64,000 nucleotides of DNA, taken from positions 1-64,000 of the forward strand of contig CAJFCJ010000008.1 in assembly GCA_904063045.1 (NCBI GenBank), written 5' to 3'. The notes under the pieces were generated by a model. It was not told the DNA's origin and did not search any database. It saw only the letters and a list, made by a program, of their open reading frames with translations. The DNA comes from Dimorphilus gyrociliatus (Eukaryota; Animalia; Annelida). Below, in pieces: positions 28,698 to 38,953 of the stretch (its first letter is position 1; each line of letters starts with the position of its first letter). A program made the position numbers and the translations under genes.

Positions 28698-31571
28698 ATG
28701 CGGGCTATATTTAGACTCGAGGATCAAGCGTTTCATCATGTTATGAAACAATTGGATAATTATAAAGATGAATACTCGTATATTGAATATTTGAAGAATA
28801 GAAAAGTTCCTCCAGTAATCTGTGATAGATTATTTAATGAACTCAATGGTTTCTATGCTGGCTTACCTGATGATGTCATAAAAGTATTTGCCAATGATGA
28901 TTTTCCACTAAACAATATTAGATTTGGTGATACTAACTTTAGAAATGACGCGTCAATTGAATTTCTAAAATGTCATAAGCTCAGAGGTCTAACTATAGAG
29001 AATCTCGAGTTGACAACAATTGAAGAATTATTGGATCTTATAAATTGCGAAGAATTGAAGACGTTGTCATTTCATCATTGTAGGTTTTTGTCAAGAAATC
29101 AGTTATATACCGAAGTTCGGAAGAGGAAGAGGAAACGAACGTTAAAGTTGGATTTTGAGTTTTTGAGGGGTTTTCCACCATTACGAAACTTAACAAAATT
29201 AAATGTATCGAACACTGAGATAAATGATGTTCAGTTTTTTTTCATTACCAGAGAAGTTCATCAATTTGAAGATGTGAATATCAGTGAAACGTCTATCACT
29301 GATATTCGCCTATTAAAAAGACATGTCAACCTTGAACATCTAGACTGTACTGAGCTTATAGATAACGCTTGTAAAAGTTATATCCATCTTCATTGTTTCG
29401 TCAAATTAAAGAGACTGAGATTTGGTAATTCTTCCTCAAAAATAAAAAAACTACAAATGACATTGATAAATCAAATTAATCCTCTAATTAAAAAGTTTCT
29501 AACCAAAGAAGAAATTGAGAATTATAACGAACTTCCTGAACGATTTAAGTCAAAGAGAAAATGGGATTTAACTGAATTTATAGAATTATCCTATTGGAAA
29601 GATTTATCATTCATCGACATACTCGGTGAATCGATACCTTGTCCAAGAAGTGTTTGGTAATTTTACAACTATTATTAAATTCAATATGTTGAATAGTTTG
29701 TTCTATTATTATAAAATCTTTTCCATAACAGTAATTTCATCGCTAGACACGAAAAACTTGAATTTGTTGGCTTAACTGAAGAATTTCCAGATATTTTAGA
29801 ACGATCCGTAATTGAACATAAAAACGTGTATAACTTATTTGTAAGTGTATTAATCTGTAATAAAGAACAATATATTGGTTAATTTTATACTGTAACTTTC
29901 AGGATATTTGCCATTTTGAGAAGATTTATGGCAGAAATGACATGTCATTTAAAATTCTTTATACAAAAAAAAATTCTAATATTGACCTTCGTGAAATTTG
30001 GAATAGTAATGATATTTCTTATAACGAAATGAGAAGTCCAGTTATTTTTAGGAGATTGGCAAGAAACCATCATGATCATTATGTTATAGAATGCCATTCG
30101 GAATTAACAAGAGTATGTTGTCAATTTAAAAAAAAATCAATGATTTACTTATTATTTGCTTATACATATATATTTATATATAAATATATACTGTATATAT
30201 ACAAATACTGTATGTGTAATAGATTCTTGCGGATGAATTGGCGTTCGAAAAGTTTAGCTTTTACACTCGACAAACCTGCTTTGGTGAAACTTGTTGGAAT
30301 ATTCTTTGTACAGATATTGAACAATCGGAATGCATAATTGTTATTGTTAAATTGATTGCCGAGAGATTTTTACAAAGAGATTTTTATCTGAGTGATCTAA
30401 AAGATTCATCGTTTATGGATTTACTTACGCAATATCATAAATATTTCAAAATGGTTATTTCTTTTTCTTTTCCAATTTAAATTATGTTTCTTTATGTATT
30501 TATCTTTTGAAGGCTACAAATATTAATTATATCTATCGCAAAATCTTCGATATTCCTGAAAAGAATAAAGATGATCTTGATACATGCTTCACTAATTACA
30601 GTTTCATGAAGATATTAGTTATATTCCTTGGACAACTGAATTTAGAGCAGGTAAGTTACTCAAAAAAAATTCATTTAATTTTAATGAAAAAGTTAAATAC
30701 ATACATATTTTAGATAACGAGAAACGAATTGGATGGTCTCTTCAGAGGAATGAAGAGGATAAATAGATTAAAGCATTGGAAAGAATCTCAAGATTTACTT
30801 GAACAATTACATGTTACAATGTTGCAGATTATGACATACTGCTCAAATAAGCATGGATGGGACCTAACTGAATTAGAAAACTATATCGAGCGACGATTGA
30901 TAAGATGTAAGTTTATATGCACCGGTTCAACTTCAGTTTATTTGCAGGATGACAATGAATCGGATGATTCGTATGACTATAATTCTGAGTATTATGTCAA
31001 TGGGGGAGAAGAGGAAGAATATGGAGAAGAAGAGGAAGAAGACTACGAGGAAGGAGACTACGAGGAAGAAGACTACGAGGAAGGAGACTACGAGGAAGAA
31101 GAGGAAGGAGGAGTCGAACAAGAAGGAGAAGCCGACGTAGAGTTTGATGACGCAGATGAGGAGGGAGAATTCGAACAAGGAGAAGAAGAGGAAGGACAGG
31201 AGCAGGGAGGATATGAGCAAGAAGAGGAGGAGGAATATGAGCAATTTGAAGATGAGGAAGAATATGAGCAAGGAGAAGAGGAGGGAGAATACGAGGAAGG
31301 AGAAGATGAGGAAGAATATGTGCAAGGAGAAGAGGAGGGAGAGTACGACAAAGGAGATTTTGAGCAAGGAGAGGAGGAAGTACAAGAGATTATAGTTAGA
31401 GGAGTACAAATAGAAGTGATTGAAGAAGAAGCCGAAATTGAAGAAATGGAAAGAGAAGAGGGAGGTGAGTATATAGAAAACAATACTCACAATGGTCAAT
31501 ATATTCAAGAAGTGGAAGTCAGGGAATTACCATTAGACGGAGCCGAAAGTGATAAAGGCGATGTAGAATAA
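28698..31571 (+). CDS. LRR array copy 6, six exons, with expanded Glu-rich tail
   Basis: Intact when spliced. RLEDQAFHHVMKQL..VPPVICDRLFNEL; RKRKRKR insert; the last exon carries about 190 extra mostly acidic codons. Confidence 0.85.
30990..31550 (+). repeat. Coding low-complexity Glu/Gly/Tyr repeat expansion
   Basis: GACTACGAGGAAG(G/A)A x4 at about 31041-31100, followed by degenerate EYEQGEEEG-type units. The frame stays open to the stop at 31571. Confidence 0.9.
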
Positions 31572-32074
31572 TTTGAAGTAGAATTATTTGAATATGAATA
31601 GAATTACTAGAGTACGAATTTCAATTCATTTTTAGTATTAAAAATAGATTTATATACTTAGTTCAACTTGTCAAAAATTTTTAAACTATAAATTAATATT
31701 ATTCATAATCTATAGAGCAAGTTTAGTAATTACTATTTTAATATTATTTGTTTGTTCATTGTATGTGTATTAAAGTATGTGGTGCCATTTTCCCAAAAGA
31801 TTTCTTTGAATAAATATTTCTCTTCATATTAAAAAAAAACACAATCTCCACTTTTTTTTTATAAAAAGTTAATATATAGAAAGTGTTTTAGCTACTATTT
31901 TTGGAACAATTAGTATTCTATATTTAAACTATTCGAGAAGATTTCTATAATTTACAGAATACTCTTCTTTTATATATTCGATATGTCTAACAAATATTCC
32001 CGATTTATCCGAAAATAGTCGTCGAAACGTTTCCCGCCATTTCGTAGATTGTTATTGATTGCTGATATTTCGTA

Positions 32075-34423
32075 ATGGCTTTTATGATGAGATTGGAGGA
32101 TTTGGCGTTTTATAACGCTGTAAAGCTGTTTGGAAGTTTTAAAAAGGAATCATCTTTTATTGATTTTATCAAGGAGAAAAATATTCCGACTCTTATGTAC
32201 GACAGACTTTTTAATTCTTTATACAAACATTTTATCGGAGTACAAGGCGACATTTTGAAAATGTTTGTCGTTGAAAATTTCCCGCTAAGCAATATAAGAT
32301 TCGGCGATGCAAGACTAAAGTGTGACGAATCTATAGAGTTTCTAAAAGACCATAAGCTTCAACATCTTAGGATCGAACAACTCACATCGATGACCGTCGA
32401 GAGTCTACTTGAATTTATTGACGTTGAGAAGTTACAGACCTTATCTATAAGTAATTGTGCATTTTTACCGGAAAAACTCCTCGTTACAAAGTTAGCGAAG
32501 AGGAAAAGGGAGCAAAGAGAACAAAAAGAAACTAAAAAGTTTGAATACTTAAGAAAATTTCCTTGTTTAAGAAATCTTACTTCTCTCAATTTATCGAATA
32601 CTGAACTAAACGACCTTCAGCTATTTTTCATAACGAAAGAAGTTAACCTTCTAGTGGAAGTAAATATTGCTAAAACCAACGTAACGGATATTCGATTATT
32701 GAAGAAACAAACCAATCTTGAAAGTCTCGATTGTTCTGAATTAAAAGAAAGTGTTGGTCGTACACTCGTTCATCTACACTGCTTTGAAAAGTTGAGATTC
32801 TTAAGATTTGGTAACTCTACTCCAAGTCAGAGAATTGGTTGGTCCTATAACGTTAATCCCTTTATAAGGAAATATCTAAATCAAGAGGAGTTTTTAGCCT
32901 ATAGAAAAGTTCCGCAAAGATTTAAAACAAAGCTGAATTGGAGTATGTCCGAATTTTTAAGATTAGCCGACTGGACGGATTTAACATTTTTTGATTTACA
33001 TGGAAAATGGAGAATATCCCAAAAAAGTTTAAAGTATTATTTAAATAATTAATTATTCCATAATTTGAATAATTTATTCATAATTTTTTCTATTATTATT
33101 AATAATAGAGAATTCATTACGACACACACGAAACTACGATTTATAAGATTCTTTAAGGACTTCAGTCAAATTTTGAGAACAATTTTGCCAAGCGATAAAA
33201 TAGTTGAAGATTTACTTGTAAGTAAAATGATTGTTTATCATCAATAATCATCATTAATGATTAGTCCCCTTTCGTTGTTATAGGACATACGTCACTACGA
33301 AAAATTCTATGGAAGGAGTGAATTTTCCCTAAAAGCTCTTCATAGTAGCTATAAATTTCCAGTACAGCCGATTTTACTTAATGCGGACATTGGAATAGCC
33401 TATTGGTACGATTCGCAAATCTTTCACGAACAATACGCCATTCCTGGAATAAGCTTATACAAAGTCAATTTTCCAAAGGAAAAGAGTTTAGAACTATGCG
33501 AGGTAATTATCTTTATTAATTAGCATGTAATGAATAATAATATATACAGTAGATATTCAACTTTTCCATCTTTTTCCAGTATCTAGCAGACGAGTTAAGC
33601 ATAGAAAAATACTGTCAATTCCCCGAACAGTATAATTTTGGATACTTATGTTTAAATATCCTTTGCGCAGATATTGAAAAATCAGATTATTTTTTAATGA
33701 TAATCGAATTAATAGCTGAGAAATTTTATAATAAATTTCCATTTCCTAGTAGTCCATTAGACTACCTGTTTATTGAAGTTCTTGAGAGATATTTGAAATA
33801 TTTTAGAGTGGTTTGTTAAATGAATTCTTTATACGAATAATCTATATATATATATATATATATTTAAGTAACTAGTTTTTCGCATTTGCAGATAGCGAAC
33901 ATAAACTATATCTATAGTAAACTATTCGCCCATCTTACGTCTGATTATAGTGGATCCGACCATTTTACTTTTATTAAGGCAATGTCAAAATTTTTACAAG
34001 AAATTGACCTTGACAATGTAAATTATATCTTAAAAGTAATAACTAATAGAATATTCTCTTATTGATTAATTTTTAATCTTATTTCAGCTACCAAAACAAG
34101 AATTGTACTGTATCTTCAAAGGTTTGAGAAATACTGAAAGTTGGATACATTTAGAAGAATTTGATGTCTTAATCGAAGATTTATATGGTATTCTTTTAAA
34201 CTTTCACGCGTTCTGTAAAGAAAAGTTTGACTGGGATATGGTAAGAGCGGTTACCTACGTTAAACGAATTTACGATTGGAATGTTACCGGATGTCAAAGA
34301 ACATCTTGTACATTCGATAGCGATCTTGACGAAGAAAAATCTAATTCTAGCGGAGATTTGGAAATATTTGAGCCTAATGAAAATAATAGTCTCTTGGAAG
34401 ATGTATTTATATTCTCAAACTAA
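32075..34423 (+). CDS. LRR array copy 7, six exons
   Basis: Exon 1 ends AGT TTA AA|gt and exon 2 starts A GAA TTC ATT. All exons are in frame; KRKREQRE insert. Confidence 0.85.
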
Positions 34424-35068
34424 TAACTAAAAGGAAAACAAAACTTCTTTTCATGCATGTAGTTTATTTTGTATTGTTGTTTTTTTTCATTGTTTACAAA
34501 TAGAAAAATACATTGTTTTTACTTTGAAAACTTCTTAGTCGTTATCTTATTATAAGCTGTGCCGAATGCAAGTCATATGATAGTTATCATACAGTTCGAG
34601 AGTTTCTTATCATCTGAGCGACAATTAAGAGTTGTTTCTTTTTTCAAATATTTTACCTAAAAGAAATATAGACAAAAAATTAATTAATTAACGTTTTTAT
34701 TAAGAAGTCAGAATTTTATTTTTTAAATTAATAAAGAAACAAGAATTTGTATAAAGTGAATAAAAAAAATTAATAAAGCCATTTTTAAAATGTTTGTTTA
34801 AATATATAATAAATATTGCGCAAAATTTAAAAAAACGACATTTCCAAGTTAATAAATCTTTTTTTTAAAGACTCAATTTGTTCTTAGAATTAGTTAAGAT
34901 CAATATTTCATTTTAAAAGAAAATAAACACTAAAATATTTTTAATCGCCATTTTAGAAAAGCTAAAGAGTTGATCGTTAACTTTTGGAATAGTCTACGCC
35001 TAAAATTTTAGTTTCCAAGTCCCGCCATTTTTGGGGACACAGCCGGACAGAGTGAATGTTCTTTCGAA

Positions 35069-37336
35069 ATGCCTATTGTTCTGAGATTAGAAGATCTAGT
35101 TTTCTTTCATATTATAAGAAATTTTACAACTTTCAAAGAACAGGAATTTTTTCTACAACTTTTCAAACAAGGAAAAGTTCCTCCTGTGACTTGCGACAAA
35201 TTGTTTAATGGACTAAATAGATTCTATGGTGGAATACCTGATGAAATTCTCAAAATATTCACAAAAGAAAATTTTAAATTGAGAAATATTACACTAGATG
35301 ATAGTAATATTTTTAACAAATTAACTTCGACTTTCTTAACTGGTCATAAACTTCAAAGTCTAACTATAGAACGTTTGGCAATATGGACGGTTGAAGATGT
35401 TATCGATTTAATAGACAGTGATGAGTTGAAAACATTATCGTGTCATCGTGCTACGTTTTTGCCAGAAAATAAAATATATAAGAAAGTTTTAAAGAGGAAA
35501 AGAAAGCAAGAAACACAAAACTTTACATTTATAAGACAAAGTCCTCGTCTGATAAATGTAACATCTTTATATGTTTCAAAGACGAAAATGAACAATGTTC
35601 AACTATTTTTCGTAACAAAAGAAATGTTTCTAATAGAAAATCTCGATATTGCAGACACACGTATAACAGATCTTCGTCTCTTGAAGAAGCAATCTAATCT
35701 TCAGTATTTAGATTGTTCTGGGTTGAAAGAGTTTGCTGGTAAACACTATATTCATCTTCACTGCCTAAAGAAACTAAAGCATTTAAGATTTGGCAATACT
35801 GAGACAAGATTAACAATGTTACGATTGGGTTGGTCAAGTATAATAAATCCTGTTATAAGACAGAATCTCAATGAAGAGGAATTCAAGGCTTTCAGTTCTG
35901 TCCCTGAACAATTTCGTTCCCGATCAACCTGGCATATGTCAGAGTTTCTAGAGTTGGCTAATTGGAAAGATTTGAGGTTTTTTGATTTAATTGGAAAATG
36001 GAAATCTTCTCCAAAAAGTATCAGGTAAATGGAGTACTTGCTGATATTATAAATTTAATATATTAATTTATTATTATTAAAATAATTTTCTTTTTAAGCG
36101 AATTTATTCGAAACCATAAGAAACTGAAATATTTTGGATTTTCAAAAAACTTCACAGATGATTTGAGCGCACATATGGAAATAACGAAGGAGGTGAAAAA
36201 TTTGTTTGTAAGTTTTTAAGTAAAATCTAATATTTTTATAAATGATAGAAAATTTCAATTTGTTTCCAGGATATCAAATTCTATGAAAAGTCATACGGTA
36301 GAGATAATATGTCATTTAAAGTGTATCATAAAAAAATTTCGTTCCCTGTTGATATTGTTGATCTTCCTGTTGATACTTATGTATCAGATGTGGAAGAAAC
36401 TTTTTCTAATGAAATTATACCAAGCTTGAACCGATACAAAGAAAATTTTCCGAAGGAAAACCATTCAGAATTCTGCAAAGTAAAATATTTAAGCGAATGA
36501 AAGCCACACTCATTGAAATTTTTTTTACAATAATACCATTTTTACAGCTTCTTCTTGATGAATTAAAGTTCAAAAGTATGAACTTTCGCAATACTGCATG
36601 CGATATCGGTGAAATATGTTTGAGAGCTCTTTCTATGGATATTGAAAAATCGGACCATTTCCTACCGATTATTCAGCTGCTGGCTCATATTCTCTCATAT
36701 AGACATTCATATCCAAATAGTCCTTTAGATTTTATTTTTATGGAAATGCTAACGAAGTATTTCAGATATTTCAAGATTGTGAGTGAAGTATTGCTAAAAA
36801 CTTATTGTTTTAGGTCAGAAGCAATTCATAGTCATTTTATCATATTTTTAGGCTATAAATTTACCGGGCATTTTCAAGAAAATATTTATTGTTCCGAGAG
36901 AATCTGATCTACACAGTTATTACATGTCTATGGAAAAGATATTGGCATTTTTAGAAAATATCAACTTGGAAGACGTAAATAATTTGTCTTGATTAATGAA
37001 GGAAATTTTTTACAGTTTATTTTTTTTAAATAGATGTCGCAAAGCGAGCTTTCCGCTCTCTGTTTGGGAACTAAGCAAATTAAAAGTTGGCACAATGGCG
37101 TAGAATGTGAAGAATTAGCCAAAAAATTATATGAAACTATTATGAAAATTATCAATTATTGTACAAAAAAATTTGGATGGGATTTGTCAAAATCAAAAAC
37201 GTATCTTAAACCACTTACAAAGAAATTTGCTCAAGGATGTACTGGTGTCTATTCTTATTATTCCGGAGAGGAGGATCAATCAAATGATGAATTTCGTTGC
37301 TTTTATGATACGAGTACAGATAATGATGATTGGTAA
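35069..37336 (+). CDS. LRR array copy 8, six exons
   Basis: Intact when spliced. RLEDLVFFHIIRNF..VPPVTCDKLFNGL; KRKRK insert; ends DNDDW-stop. Confidence 0.85.
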
Positions 37337-38000
37337 TAGAAGTGTGTAGTCAACATATTGGACTTTCGTAAAAATTAATCGAATTATTTTAATGAGCCAA
37401 TTGAAAATTGTAACTTTGTCTTTTTGTTAAATGTAAAAATGTACGCTTTACCTTTTTGATTTTGAATTTTATATATAACAAATTTACTGTATAAATTAAG
37501 TAAAAAGCAACTAAACCTATTTATGTAAAATTACGTTATTGGCATTTCATTACTTTGAACCAAAGTCGATAGACAATCCTAATGGTTCTTCTTCAGCTTT
37601 AATAAAGTCGCAAAAATCATTAAAGTATATAAATCAACCCGAGTTTATTTTCCTTTGACGATTTATGGTTTACGACCAAATAGACTATTGTATCAACATT
37701 GCAGTTACTTTACACCTGGATAGGCAATATAGATAGAAAATCTATGGTATTGGCAGTAGTCCTGCTGATTATCAGGATTTTGATGATGGGAAAGTTGAAA
37801 CCGAAGAAGTTAGTGATAAAGTTAGATACCAAAGACTGTCAACTGACTCCAAAGCTTATAAATTTTACGGATAACAGGATCATGGGTTAAGAAAATGAAA
37901 TATCCTTAAACAAATGTATTACTCATTCCATATATATTATTAAAAGTGAAAGTACAATAAAAAAGTAAGATTCAATTGAATGGAATATACAGTATATAAT

Positions 38001-38633
38001 TTATATATAAACATTTTCTCCTCCAGATTCATCGTCAGTAACGATACTTAGTTCATCTGAACCAGAGGTGGAGGAATCTTGTGTTAGAATTCTTTTACGA
38101 ACTTCCATAAGTGCTTTTCCAAGTAAATTACGTCCTTTCCAATTTCTTTCATCAGCAATATTTGGATCAGTAATTTTCATTCCTATTCCCCAAATTCTAT
38201 CACTTGGACTTGCTTCTGCTAAATGAATATTCTTAGTTGATATAATGTAATCCTTTAATGTGTTGTTCTGACTAAATTTATAATAATTTCCTTGAACAAC
38301 AAAATCAAAACAATGATTCTTCCATATTTTATCATCGAAATTTTTCACTTTTCTTCCTAAAGCTTTTATCCTTGGAGGTGCTCTTTCCTTTAGAATTTTC
38401 TCAGCTATAGCATCATCTTTAAACAGACGAGCTTTACAATACATCATATACATTTCAGCACAAGTAAATTTATTTGCACCGTACATATCTTCGCCAGGAG
38501 CTTCGAACTCAGCATTGTAGAATTGACTAAATGGGGAAACTTTCGTATAGAAAAAGCCGTATTCTTTTCCATTTGTCCCTTTAAGAACCTTTAATTCGCT
38601 ATCATTGAGAGTGCAAATACCTCCTGTTGCCAT
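38001..38633 (-). CDS. NADAR-family (YbiA-like) N-glycosidase / ADP-ribosylhydrolase, single coding exon, about 210 aa
   Basis: Motifs FSQFY, AEMYMMYCKARLFKD, IKALGRKVKNFD, KFSQN, EASPSDRIWGIG and WKGRNLLGKALMEVR are characteristic of NADAR. Likely start MATGG at 38633. Confidence 0.92.
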   Translation of the reverse strand: MATGGICTLNDSELKVLKGTNGKEYGFFYTKVSPFSQFYNAEFEAPGEDMYGANKFTCAEMYMMYCKARLFKDDAIAEKILKERAPPRIKALGRKVKNFDDKIWKNHCFDFVVQGNYYKFSQNNTLKDYIISTKNIHLAEASPSDRIWGIGMKITDPNIADERNWKGRNLLGKALMEVRKRILTQDSSTSGSDELSIVTDDESGGENVYI

Positions 38634-38934
38634 ATTAGAGATGTTTCGATAACATATCAAGCAGAAATGAATATCGAAAGAAGAGCTATCAGATTATAAA
38701 TTCTTTTATTACACAACCTTTAGAAACACTTCCGTATCCGGTATGGAAGAATGATAGTGAAAGAAAAAGAAAGCATTATTCAACTAATAGTAAAGGGGCG
38801 TATAACGGATATTTTACTTTATGTTAACCAATATACAATAGATTTACGTTTCATTTTAAATAGAATGTATTGTATATACTGTATATATATATAGAAAATA
38901 AGATAATAAGATATAGAAGGAGAAAAATTGACAT

Positions 38935-38953
38935 TTTGAAATTTCCCGCCAAA
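38935..38953 (-). promoter_or_regulatory. E2F site abutting a CHR-like element, about 310 bp upstream of NADAR
   Basis: The plus strand reads TTTGAA-A-TTTCCCGCCAAA; the minus strand reads GGCGG-GAAA-TTTCAA, a CDE/CHR-like spacing. Function is inferred. Confidence 0.4.

Noticed and set aside
30933-31508. Long Phe/Leu-rich and Ser-rich minus-strand ORFs resembling membrane proteins
   Set aside because: They are reverse complements of the GAA/GAG repeat of copy 6.
37737-37866. Acidic peptide-like frame (KIYGIGSSPADYQDFDDG...) after copy 8, a possible ninth-copy remnant
   Set aside because: There is no start, no joinable upstream exon and no alignable family motif.
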